Part shown: in pieces, positions 34,501 through 46,560 of the stretch | How positions within the stretch are numbered: position 1 is the first letter of the stretch | Layout of the letters: each line of letters opens with the position of its first letter | DNA from: Raillietiella orientalis | Taxonomy: Eukaryota | Length of the DNA stretch: 64,000 nt | Reading direction: 5' to 3' | Assembly: GCA_036172245.1 (NCBI GenBank) | Contig: JAYWIR010000009.1 | Span: 3,658,001-3,722,000, forward strand | Program-made: the position numbers and the translations under genes | Notes under the pieces: model-generated | What the model saw: only the letters and a program-made list of their open reading frames with translations | Told to the model about the DNA's origin: nothing | Databases searched by the model: none

Positions 34501-36961
34501 GAGCGCAATCGCATGCGAAGACCGCCGGTCTACGTGTGCTCCAACAGTTTCCGAACAGATGGCCATTAGAATGCACAAGAACGAGGAAGTTCACATCTCG
34601 TGACGAAGAAATGGTCATGGATTCCTTTGTGAGACATCTGCGACATACTGCCTCTCCAACACATGAATACCGACTGCAAGCAATAGGGGCACTTTGGGCG
34701 CACTTTCTTCACAATAAGACAACGGAAATGCGAAGACATGGACAAACCAGCACTTCCACGGCATCACGAAATCCCGAAGGGTGTGGAGCGTACGAAACAT
34801 CCAGTGGAAAAAGAAAAGAAAAAAAAGGAAGAAAAAAAAAAAAAAAACATTGGGAGTGATGGTGAAAATGGAATGCGGCTCTCTCGTACTTCATACACTG
34901 TCATCTTAACGCTTATAAAAGAGGGGGGGGGGGCACTGATGGATATAATTCAGTTTATGACGCTTGCAAGTGGATCACAATCTTCTGTGTTAAGCACTCA
35001 TTACTTTCGAGCCCCCCTGGAAGAAAAAAAATGCTCAATAGTCTTCAAACGCCAATAAAGAAATCAAACTTCGTCTACGTGCAAAGAAACTGTGTGTACA
35101 AACAACCTTGTTTCATACATTAATGGGTACATCGAGACGCACAGATGATTTCGCAGATTTCGAAAATAAATCTTCATTACATCGCTGCACGATCACAGGG
35201 AAGAAGAAAAAAATCTTTACTCATCATCTGAGTTGAACAAATTTCGCTCGGTGGAGTGAGACTCGAAACCACAAAGTCTAAGAAAAAAAATAAAGGAAAC
35301 GCGTTGCGTTCGGCGCATTTGGTCCTTAAGGTGAATTCATCTATCACCCGCGGCTTTCGCAGGCACCTTTAAGAAGCAATCAATTGCGATGCTCGACTCG
35401 GAAATGCCTCACCAACTCCGAGAGTTTCAATTCAAAACGATCTCCCCCCCCCCCCCCCCCCATCAAACTCGGAGACTGCGTCGCGAATCGCCCTGCAGTC
35501 TGATCACCCACAGTCCCACCTAAGGTTAATTAATTCATCGTCGAGTCGAGTAGTTTGATCTTGACCATCAGCCCAATGAATCCATGATCACGTGACTTTA
35601 TCAAGCTTCCAGATCTATCATGGAATACACGTGCGTTTTCCCGAAGTCCAACCTCTCCTTTTTCGTATCGGAAGGCATTCGGAACTTTGACGAACTCACC
35701 TCCAGGTAAACGAAGAAAAAACGTTCGTTCGGAAACAAGTGGAAGACGTGGAAGGCTCCAGAACGAGATCCACGGAATCTCAGCTTCCAGGATTGCTGCT
35801 CAAACCGTAAACGAACTAAAAACTAACGCTTTAAGACAAAAAAAAAAAAACCCATAGAAGTGCGTCTAAAAATTCAAACGCTATTGCAGGTATGTGCGCG
35901 ACACGCCGCCGCCGCCATTATTCCAGCGGCCACATGGCAGGCAAATCTTCACCTGCAGTGCTTTCTTCCCCGGAAGCATACAGAATGCTGCTTAACAGCT
36001 ACGAGGAAACTTTCCGTGCGGGACGGAACCGTTTTAATGCTCTTCCCAATATCGGAAAACCGTCAAATATCGTATCGGGCGGGGGGGGGGGCACGTAAAG
36101 TACGGAATCGGATCCAAGCGGCCGAGGAGGGCCTCCGAGGAGGAAAACGGTCACCACGCGGGCTTTTAGGATAAAAGAGGTGAAAAGTGTTGAGAGGGTT
36201 GGAAGGCTCTTCGCCCTGAAGCCAAGACATCAATGGCTAACGCGAGTAAAATGGAATTCAAGGATGCGTGTCATCCCGTTTTTTAAATTGAGACCGCAAA
36301 AGTTTTGCCTTTTGTACAAAGACGCACACACCCTTTACACGAAAGATCTCCGGGAACTTTCGCTTTCTGCGCACCTCTTCTTCCAGAATCCGAACCTTTT
36401 GCAAGGAGCGCGCCAACGCATTCGTCTTTCTCTGCAACTCGGACGGAGCATCCGATCTGGCTTTCCGAATACAGTACCGGTAAAACAGACCGAAAGTCGA
36501 TGCAGATGTACAATGGATATCGTAGCGTACATCCTCAACTACCTAAAATATTAATGGCTTCCTCTCCAGGTCAATACGCCAGCATCATGATTGCTATGAG
36601 CCGGGTAATTCAGATACTTTCCCTTCCGATCTGCCTGCATACGTATTTGCTAGCGCAGCTGTACCATGGTGAAACGATGGAGACGTTGCACAATCGTTTG
36701 CACCGCCTGAGGCAGGAGACTTCCTGCAGAGCTTTAACCAATTCGACAACATTGCGGAATCCGTACGAGTAGCACTTGATGAAAGGAGGATGGACCGGAG
36801 GGAAGAGCACAGTTACCGCGGGCGATCCCGGCGTGCGTACGCAACACGAATACAACTACTGGGACTTGGGTGACAAGTACGACGTTTTCAAAGGATCGCC
36901 TCCTGCGTACGCAGTTGATGGCAACCGAAATGTACACAGCACCCAGGGACTCACCCCATAG
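31560..36961 (+). pseudogene. Possible CUB/Sushi(CCP) multidomain gene relic or divergent spliced gene
   Basis: Scattered segments, several with splice-like borders: WCEWVSPTEMIGKHLSSFKLEC (32620), GANSSWGSGAC (32960), SIMEYTC (35615), KLSVRDG (36010), NAFVFLCNSDGASDLAFRIQY then DCYEPAQLYHG (36410-36670). AATAAA at 37024. Confidence 0.3.
32276..32467 (+). repeat. Direct duplicate of 29345-29545 embedded in AT-rich DNA
   Basis: GGGTCCACCGACACCCGAGTCGGGGCCTCCGAAAGCCCGGAACGGGAGGAA is identical at both sites. Confidence 0.9.
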
Positions 36962-37377
36962 CTAACAAGCGACCTTGTCGCTATAAAGGAATTTCGTACA
37001 CCACAGTGTGTGGAAAAGTTCACAATAAATACACAGAAATATATTCATCTCGAAATGCATTCATTTTGAATTCAACACGACTTCACAGTGATATGGAACA
37101 ACCTGGATGGGATACAAAACGCACGCACGCACACAACAAAAAAAGGGGGAAAGAAACGAAAAGAGAGAAAACACTGGTGGCAGTAAAAATAAAGAATAAT
37201 GCTCTGATATCAATTCAAGGCACAATTCCATCTAAACCACGACTTGTGTGAGTTCATGTCATCGGGTACGTGTGTGCAACACACTCAAGCAAAGCACACA
37301 CATCACGTCGCACTGCTGCTTCACTTGGCAAGTCGGCAGTTTGTGAAACTTGAATTAGCAATCGCATGGTGCAACCA

Positions 37378-38520
37378 CTAGTGGTCAAACCAAGTAACAA
37401 ACTGAGTACCTTCACCAAAAGCATCAAACCGACGCACGCACACTTTCTGTTTGTAATGATATTCACGGAGGTACATCTTCAAAGAATTGGGCAAACACAA
37501 CTGTGACACATCATCGTAAGTTAGGTATTGGGTGAGCATTCCCCTGCACAAATGCTGCAGTGAGAATGTGAAGGTTCTATGCAGAGGGATTGTCAGCAAA
37601 GGTTCGAAAAACATGCAACAAGATGGATCCTTGTAATGAGCAACAAGAGCTACCACAGATGGGGCTGAAAACACACCAGGATCATGGGCATTAAAACTAA
37701 AACGATGTTGCCACTGCTCTATGCGAGCATGTAAAGATCTTCCATAGCGCCGGAAACTGACTGAATACAGATGCTCCTCCTGAGCTGAATCCCGAAGAAT
37801 AAATGTTCCTTCCGGCTTGCCCTCTAACAAATGTTCAGCTAGGTAGCGGTCAATTTTGCCCCAATAATATGAGCAGTTCATAATAGCTTGCAACTCTGGA
37901 ACTAAATGATGTAGATAATCTACCTGCGTATGCACCCGACCTCTCAAAGAATTATTTGGGGGTTGGAGAACTGATGCATTCCAAAAACAGTGCCCTAATT
38001 GCTGGGAAGCTGGGAGGGAAGCGATATACCATGCTGGTACATGAACACAGTTCCTGGAGGCTGTAGCAACAGCTTGTTTTTTTGGAACCTCAACTTTAGA
38101 ATGCAGGGAACACTGGGAACAAATGCAAGAAGAACAATGCACACCACTATTTGAGGTTTCATCTTCGCAAGGTGGAGACTGTGAAGGAGCCACATGAGAG
38201 ACTCCCTTTTTGCTGGAACCACTGCTATCCTTTCGATTGCAAACCTTGACATGATATTTGCGGCCCAAACATAAACAACGCAACTGACGTCGACAATGTC
38301 CATCCTTTTTATGTCCTTTCTCCTCAATTTTCCTTTGAATTGGTTCATCTCTCAACATATTGGTAACATATATGCCCTCAGGATTTGAGAGTTCTTGTTC
38401 TTCATCATCAAGGTTGAGAGATGCATTGACACATCCAGCATTGGACTCTACATTGCCTTGCACGTTTTTACGCCAATGTTGATTTTCTTTTCCTAAACCA
38501 TCAAGGGTTTCATTTTTCAT
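37378..38520 (-). CDS. SOCS5: Suppressor of cytokine signaling, SOCS4/5 (Socs36E-like): SH2 domain plus SOCS box
   Basis: [26 protein letters not shown]...[45 protein letters not shown] and SOCS box FSLQHLCR...[10 protein letters not shown] single coding exon follows an acceptor at 38531. The ATG at 38520 is inferred; upstream coding exons are not excluded. Confidence 0.95.
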   Translation of the reverse strand: MKNETLDGLGKENQHWRKNVQGNVESNAGCVNASLNLDDEEQELSNPEGIYVTNMLRDEPIQRKIEEKGHKKDGHCRRQLRCLCLGRKYHVKVCNRKDSSGSSKKGVSHVAPSQSPPCEDETSNSGVHCSSCICSQCSLHSKVEVPKKQAVATASRNCVHVPAWYIASLPASQQLGHCFWNASVLQPPNNSLRGRVHTQVDYLHHLVPELQAIMNCSYYWGKIDRYLAEHLLEGKPEGTFILRDSAQEEHLYSVSFRRYGRSLHARIEQWQHRFSFNAHDPGVFSAPSVVALVAHYKDPSCCMFFEPLLTIPLHRTFTFSLQHLCRGMLTQYLTYDDVSQLCLPNSLKMYLREYHYKQKVCVRRFDAFGEGTQFVTWFDH

Positions 38521-40049
38521 TGTGGATATGCTGAAGCCCATGTCATAGGGGCACACAAAACATTTATTACAAGTAATTGTTTCATGCCAAAGGAAAAAGT
38601 ATCACAGCTTTGAGGGTGCACTAAAGATGTGATGGCCATCAATTTGCAATGCAGCACAGATCTTAAAAATAAACATGTATGTAGTTTCAATCCAAATCCA
38701 CTTCAAACATATGATCAAAATATCACACGCAGTTTCACTTGGGAAACAACCCAAATTATTTATCTGCAAAAAGCGCATTGGTGGAAATTGGTGCAATCTC
38801 CAGGGATTCTTCAGAAAAAACACATGATTTACTTAACATGCAAGATATGTACATTACTTTAATTACACACTGCCAACAGATATGCCCAAATAAATATGAA
38901 AAAATTTCTAAAAAGCACTGCAGAATTCCCCATTCACAGATTACTCATTTCACAAAGTTACACATCTGACAGTGCACACAACAAAGTCTTACCAAAATAT
39001 GTGCTCTGATTTGCTCTTAATCCCAAGTCAAAAAGCTGTACAATCAAAATCACACATTCATCTCTTAATACAAAACTGGTTGCATCAAAATAAAATGAAT
39101 GAAAATGCTTACTTGAATTTCTGAATAAAAACATCAGCTCTCAAATATTACTTCATAAAACGTTATATAAGAATTGCTTAATTTGGCCTAGATCAATTTG
39201 ATAATATAAAAAAATTGGGAATTAAGGTGGACACGGATTTACTGCCCATTTGGAAAGGAAGTTCCTTGAAAACTTGCAATTTGATGTTCCTAGAAAAGTC
39301 TGATTTAATACAATGGACTTGGAAAAGTTAAAATGGCACATTTTACAAAATTCAAGTCAGATACCACAAATACACATACAGACATATGATTCACATGCAT
39401 AAACGTGAGTATAAACCTAATAACAGATTAATTAACATAACAAGTATTTGGTTTGGGATCAAAAATCGGTATTCTTAATGAATATACTGGCTAAAAGTTT
39501 ATATGTGTTACAAACATACAAACATACAATGCGATGGAATAAAAAACAAAAATGCAGAAATGCTGGCATCACACATCACCCATTACAGTGCCAGTGGCAA
39601 GCTGCAAATAAAGCTTAGAGGTCCTATAAAATCCCAAAGATATTTAAAAAAAAAAAAAATATAATAATAATTGCAACGCACTCTCTAATACAGCCTTTCA
39701 AAACAACTCTCGTGTTGGGTAAACAAAACTGTACAGCAGCGAGCAAGATTTTGGAAACATTTCCAAGCTATGTTCGTTTCTCCAGGCACAAATTCCTTAC
39801 ACCACGCACATTTTGGTGAACGGCACTTTCGAGCTCTCAATGTTCAACTGCTAAAGCATCTTTAAACATTTCACGTCGTTCGTGTATTTCCCAAGACTTG
39901 GGCATGCGAACAATGACACTTACATACGCCTGTGCAGGAAGATCAATAAGAGAATATTAATTCATCACACCGAATAAAAACGAAAATACACGTCCACGAA
40001 GTGGAGGAGGCTTCTGGCATCAGCACACTTTACAACCACGGTACAAATC

Positions 40050-40075
40050 ACCTACGCCGCCGCCATGTTCGCTCT
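40050..40075 (-). promoter_or_regulatory. YY1-type motif (AACATGGCGGCG) at the probable SOCS 5' end
   Basis: GCCGCCATGTT on the + strand sits at the AT-to-GC transition upstream of SOCS. On the minus strand it is followed by a donor-like AG|GTGATT. Confidence 0.35.
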
Positions 40076-42541
40076 CCCGCTTTGATTGATAAACCTACAA
40101 ACATGACGCACACCGCCACACAATCTACGTAGTAAACAATGGCGCATTAGTTCATTGAAAAAAGTCCGGGCTCGGGTTTTACGTGCTTTGGGCTGCGGAA
40201 CCAGCGTGCCTTTCGGATGCTCTCAGGGCAAATTCACGGAAGCTGCTGGGGGTGAGACGACGATGCCAGAAGATCTGGCGTGCAAGAAGTAGTACGGCCG
40301 GGGTGCATTTCGAAAATCCCGACATTCAAGTTTTTTTTTTTTTGGGGGGGGGGCACTCTGCACGACACGCGAAGGGGAACAAGCTTGTGTCGATATGGGC
40401 CAGCGTGAATTTGGTAGCTGTGCAACCAGTCAAGTGGACACTGCGATTTCAGGTCATCAGCATGAGTCTCAATGTAGGAGATTTGCGATTCGAAAGTGAA
40501 TGAAAAAGAACTTTCTTCTTCTTCTTCTTCTTCTGCGTAGTACGGCGAGTAATTTTTGACAGGCAGCTAAGATATTTTTCGCTATATTCCCCCCTCCCCC
40601 AACCCTCGAGAGGAAAGCAAAACAAAACAAAAAAAAAAGGGCCTTGCAGGCAAAGCATTGTGAGCGACGTCTTCCAACGTCTAAAAATCAACGTGTGGCA
40701 ACACTTCTCCGAATGGCCGACGGAAGGTGAGGACCAACGGCTACGTTCAACCACCGCTAAGCGGCCTCGGCTACGAATTCTGGAACCGGCCGTCACGAAC
40801 CTGAGAGGATTCGTTCCCGGAGGCGGGTGCCTCCTTTGGTGACAAGTAGGGTGCTCCCGGGCAGGAGCCCCCCCCCCCCATTCGCAGTGGAAGCACGGAA
40901 ACGCACGCGGGGGCCGCCTTCACCCGTTGGGATGCAGGAAGCGATTGCCGAAATTCGCATCCTGCATCTTTGTGACTTTGCACCCAACTCGCACTCTTCT
41001 CGATGGCATCCGCGCCGTTTCATGATAATGATTTTGCTCGCCGGTATCTACGACGGTTGTTGTTGTCGTCGGTGAAATAAATACGTACATTGCAAAAGGA
41101 GAACAGCATGGGCCGACGAACCGGAAGGGCATCTTCCCACGGAGGAGCCTCGTTCGCTTAAGAAACCGAAAGCTCGGGGGCGCACCTCCAGCAAAGCCAC
41201 GCTGAAAGTAAGAGCGGAGGAGCGCGGAAACATTCCGCAAGTCTTCAGCTGGGAGCACTTTCGAGTTCCGTTAACCATCCGAGCTCTTTCTGGTCGTGAC
41301 GAACGCATCTGCGGAGGATCGAGGAGACCAGCGGAAATTCCGGAAGCCACGGGTAGACAGACGGTCGGCACCACCGATCCTCAAAGCGCACATCCCAAAA
41401 GGAAACGGATTTTTTTTCTTCCTTTGTCTGCTTCCCCTTTTCCTTTGTTTTTTTGTTGCTGCTGCTGCTGTTGCCCTTTTTTTTTAAGGAAGGAAAAAAA
41501 AGAGCGCATCCGAGGCGCACGAAGGGGCGCCCCATGGCAGGAATTCCGAAAATTCCGTGAAGGCGAATTTCGTCACGCCGCGCGCGCAAGACGCTCAAGT
41601 TGTTCCCGGAAAAGGAACAGCGGATGATGCCATCGTGGGAGGGAACGTCAGAGGATCTTCCGCACGCGGACGCATCGTCCACATCTCACTAATTCGGAGG
41701 CCTTCCGTACTGAGCAAGGTCTTCCACGAGGCGGCTGTCGCTCCGAGAAGATCTCTGCTTCCCCTGGACCGCTCTCCGGAAGAAGTCCGGATGCTCGAAA
41801 CACTGGCTGGTGAAACCAGTGCAGACAAGCGAGAGGCATCCCCAATTACGTTAGGAGAGAGCATCGACTTGATCGGGATGCTGGGAATCCTCCGGGATGG
41901 CCATTCGCCAGGAAAACGGCAGAGCCCCCCCCTGGCGGCGGAGCACAGAAGACGTCTGGATGGAACTTTCTTGGGAACGCCTGGCGAGCGTCCCGCCGGC
42001 ATCCCGGGAACGACCCGGCAAGCAGCTGACCCAGGTTGGACGCGGGCGTCGGAGGAGAGGAGCCGAGCTGCGCACCGAACATGAGGCGCAGGGGGCGGCA
42101 CAAGGGTCTTTGGGGGAGTGACGCCGGGGAGGAAGCCGCGGCTCCCCGCGCTCCGTCGCCAGGGGAGGTCTCTGCCAGGAGGGACGCTGCCGCCGTTCCC
42201 CTGGCGGGCGGCCATCGTTTGTGCGCAGACAGGGCGGCACGTGTGCGTCGTCGAACGCGCTTGCGGCTCCTTGCGCCCTCTCGATGGACCCTTGCCCTTT
42301 CCCATCTTCTCCGCTCCACAGGCTGCCCACGCCTCCGCCGGACCGTGGTAAGGAAGAGAGCGGCTCGAACCATGGGGAAGGGCGGAATCCCTCACGGAAG
42401 GAGCGTGAGCCACCTAGCGCCACGGATCGCTGCCAAAGGGCGTCAGCAAAGCCAGGAGGACGACGAGCAAGTCGTCTGCTCGCCCGTCTGCCTCGAGGTT
42501 GCAACGACAACCCTGAAGGAGGGTGGAGGGGGGGGACAGCA

Positions 42542-42602
42542 CCCCTCCCCGAAGAGCGGTGGCCTGGCGCGCCCCCTCCCCGAAGAGCGGTGGCCTGGCG
42601 CG
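42542..42602. repeat. Perfect 30-bp tandem duplication
   Basis: CCCCTCCCCGAAGAGCGGTGGCCTGGCGCG occurs twice, one base apart. Confidence 0.9.
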
Positions 42603-43099
42603 TCCCTCATCCCGGGGTCGTCGCCCGGAGGGGCCGTGGGCCTCCCGGAATGCGAGGGAGCGGCGGCGCGTAGCAACGTCGGCTCCCGCCTGCTTTGGGT
42701 GCCCCGAACGGAAATCGGAACGATCGATCGGAACGGGGCGGGGAACTTCCGTCTCCGCCGCATCCGCTGACGTCACCGCGCGCGTCAGCAACGGCAGAAG
42801 AGGGAGGCTCGCCCCCGCGGTTCGCGACGCCCCCGTCCAGTCAGGAAGAGCGGCGGGCGTGGGAACTCCCCCTTCCCTCTCCCCTCGAGGGCAGCGCCCC
42901 TCCTTCTCTTCTTCCTCCCTCCCTTCCCCCGCAGCCTGGGTGCCTGCGGCTCTCTCGGCGCGGTGGCGCACACCCGCCCGCGGACAACGAACGGGTCGGG
43001 GAGGAGGCGGAATTCCTCGGCGGGCGAGGAGACGCCCACACGCTCTCGCACGCGGAGCGACCACGCCCGAAGCGGAGCAGCCCCGGAGGGGGGTCAGAT

Positions 43100-45050
43100 G
43101 GGACCATCGTTCCGCCGGGGACGGAGCGAAGAAGAGCCTGTCGCTGCTCGCTTGGTCACGGCCGCCGCTCGGGTCTCGCCCCCGCCACTGGAGGCGAGGT
43201 CACCGATGCGGTCACGTTCCTCACTGCTCAGGCCCTCGGGCTCTCTCTCAGCGCAGAGGAAGGTCGTGCGTCTCCAAGCGGACCTGCCCCTCGGCCGTAC
43301 CCATCGCCTGCGTGCATCCCGCGCGCGGTCCGGCCGGGGGTCAAGTTCCGTCTCGTCACGTGACTGCCGCAGAGCTCCCCTCGCGGACTGCAGGCGAAAC
43401 TCGGCAGCGGCGGGCGACGCACTTCGAAGCTGCCGCGAATTGCGCATGCGAGGGCGGTTCCTCCGGAGGCGCGGAGGTCGGGTGGGTCCTCTCCCGGAAG
43501 CAGCGCCGGTCCGGACGAAGAGGCGCGCGCCACGCCCTTCACCTTCGAAAGAGTTCGCGCGGCTCCTCCCCCGCTATTCCCGTTTTTCCCCAGGAAGGCC
43601 CGCCGCAGCCGGCCGCCCGGGAGACGAGGCGATCCTGGCGTCCTGCTGACCCCCGAGAGCGCCCCTCTCCCACGCCTCCGGATGCTGCGGGGCCGCGCCG
43701 GCATGCCGCAGCCGTCCGACCCAAAGAGGACCACACTTGTCCCGCAAGCAGCTCCGGTCCGCGGTCGGGACGAGCAGGAAAAGGAGAGCACGGCAGGCGG
43801 CGGAGGCGGGCGCCTTGGCAACGGCTGCGAAGGACGCTTGCAGGCGCCGCGTTGCCGTCGGTCTCCATCTTCAGCTCGAAGATTCTCGGGCCGCCCCCAC
43901 CCTCCGCTTCTTATCGCCACCCTGCTGGGCCGCCGCCACTTCCGGCGGGAAATCCGAGAACGCAGGGGTCTGCCAGGGACCACGAGCGGGGGCGGACATG
44001 GGAAGCTCCACAGTGCTCAAGGACGGCTGAGCGGAACACGCGAATAGGCGTGCTGGAGAGCCCCGGGTCAGGATGTGCGTGTGGCACTTCCCAAAGGCGC
44101 AGAAACATGCGCAGGGTTCCTCGCCGCAGGATACGTTGGCCAGTCGCCGTCTCGGCTGTCCTTGGGCGAGAACGAGAGTATGACCCCTCTCGCGAACCGG
44201 TGGACGAGGAAGGGCCTCTCCACCTTGCATGCCACCTGGACCACGATGGCTTCCTGATCCGTCCTGGAGGAAAAAGGGAACTCCGAGGGGAGTATCAACG
44301 GGCTGAAGGAAAAAAGAACTCGGGTCCCGAAGGACTAGGAGGTCGATGGAGCAGTTCTGCGGGCATTCTTGCGAATCCAGAGGGAGTTTGTGACCAGCTG
44401 GAGAAAAAAAAAACGGTACGAAAAAGAAACGAAAAAAAAATTCATTACATCACAGTGAACCGTACACCTCGTCAAGAGGGGAACACGGAAAGAGGTAGAA
44501 GACCGCGCGACGCTGCTCGCCCCTCCGCCCTCGGGTAAAAAAAAAATGTTCTGCAGAGCCGTTTCCACCGTCCCTGACAGCGGTCGGCGCGAGTCGCCTT
44601 CCTCCGCTGCGCTTTGACAGCCTGCCGGGTGCCTCCGGTGCCGAACGCCGCTGCATTTCGGCGTGCCAGAGAGGTGCCCGCTGCCCGAGGGCGAATCGCT
44701 TCGGTGTCCGCGCGTTCGCACCGGATGCGCAAGCGGCCGGACGCCGCGTGGTCGTGCGATCGTCGGGAGCGCGCGCGGGACTTCCGGTCGTGGACTCGAC
44801 GGGCAACGTGGCAACCCTGCTTGCGGAAGTCCCGCGTTCTTCTCGCTCGTTTCTTTCCTCTTCCGTCCCCTCCCCCCTCTCACCTCCACGTTGCACACGG
44901 TGCGTCAGACGTCTCCTCAGACGAACCCTTTGAGGAGATCTCCGGTAAAGCAAACGGACGCACGCGCTTCCGCGAGAAAAGTCCTCGGAAAGTTTTTCTT
45001 CTGCGTTCTGCGAGGGAAGGGCCGTGCGTGCATTAGCTGCGCACACGGGG

Positions 45051-45098
<48 letters not shown>

Positions 45099-46560
45099 AT
45101 CTTCGCGAGATGAAAGTCTGGGAATTCGGAGTAACGAGTTCTCTTCCCATCGGCGTAGGTTTGTGAAACGGGAAAGAAAGGAAGAAAAAAAAAAGGGGGG
45201 GGGGGTCGCTAAAATTAGGCAGTCAACCGCTGTCTTCGTCCGCACAGCAGCAGCAGCAGCAGCCTGCAGGTGGACCAGTGGATGCTGGAAGAGCTGGTAC
45301 GGAGGAAAATCCGAGATGGAAAACGGGCAACCCGAAAATCGACGCGAGAAGCGCACGCCTCGCGTGCTCGCGGCTGAAAAAAACACGCGCGAACCGCGTG
45401 CTTCCCCTCTTCGTGGCTCCCCACCCCCACCCCCACCCGCGATGCAGATGAATGATCCTCCGTCCGACGTGTCGGAAACGGCGGCAGGCGAGGCTCCCGG
45501 AAACCGTCCACGGAGCAGCCGCGGCCGCGCTGCGGAATGTTTTCGAGCTCTCTCCCGCGAACGCAGCGCACCGGTGGCCCCTGCGCTCACTAACGCGGCA
45601 GCGGACGCGGTGGTTTATCTCATTCATCTCCCCACCCTCTCTGCGCATTCCCAGCCGACGGTCCACCGTCGCTGCCGTTGTGCGTTCTCGACTGCCCTTG
45701 CATCGTAGTCACGGGAGGCTTCTCTTTTTTTTTTTTCAAGGGGAGGAAAAAAGGAAAAAAAAAAACGGAGCTGCTGCCATCTAGCATCTTGCTGTGCAGG
45801 CTCGCCGGTCCCCTTCTTCCGAAAGCCCTCTGCTCCCCTTAGGACATTTCGCGGAACTTGACTTCTCGAGACGCCACGGAAAGATCGCGTCGCCCTCCGG
45901 ATGGCCTCCAGATGGAGTCACGCTGTCGCGAAAGAAATCTCTTCCGCGCCAGAGGACGATGAAGCCCGCAGGCCGAGCCGCCGGGTCGGAGGAAATAACG
46001 CGCGCTGCTCCCCTCAGCCTCTCCTGTGAATCCTCTGAAAAGTCGCCGTCTAGGGATCTCAGCTCGATTTCGGGAGGGACGGTGGTTGTTCCCGCCTTCC
46101 TCCCCCTGCTGTCTCCGCAGAAAAGGTTTCTCGCAAGGGGACGGGAAGAGCGGGAAGGTATCGGTCCAGTCACGGAAGCAGGCACGAGGTGGAAAGATGA
46201 AAGAGCACGGGGAAAAACGCGGGCTCCTGCCCTTGTAGCCGGAGGCAAGCGGTTGCGGTGGCGGCCTCTTCGCCAACGCTGCTGCCGCGGGTCAGGGGGG
46301 ACATTCGCTGGGCAGGGCGGACTGCTCCTCCGGGGAGGTTCGATGGCAGTCTTCCGCAAGGGAGCATTACGCGACTCCTTTTCTCCATGATTCGTCGAGG
46401 TGCCGCTAGAGGGAAGGAGGTCCTCGAGGTGGGTCTTCCCGAACCCCGCGAGGCTCGTCGCAGCCCCGGGAATTCGCTGCCACTCCCTCCGAAAGATGCG
46501 ATCCGGGAGGGAAGAGGCCAGGAACGCTTCGCTCAGCTGCTTACAGCTGCTCTGCATAAA
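43100..46560 (-). pseudogene. Very old L1/Tx1-like ORF2 relic (EN to post-RT)
   Basis: In order on the minus strand: DRIFRREW...KTHLEDLLPS...TNH (EN-like), RGVILSFSPK (RT1-like), RSRCQGARL (RGVRQG-like), VVLFGSD, RAFLG and EPEGLS. All are strongly degraded. Confidence 0.35.

Noticed and set aside
39113..39120. 8-nt micro-exon (TTTTATTCAG-AAATTCAA-GTAAGC, minus strand) in the SOCS 5' region
   Set aside because: Such motifs arise by chance in AT-rich DNA and cannot be supported without transcripts.
45052..45095. Long poly(T) run as a retrocopy tail
   Set aside because: No TSD or identifiable body. Homopolymer A/T runs are frequent throughout this window.
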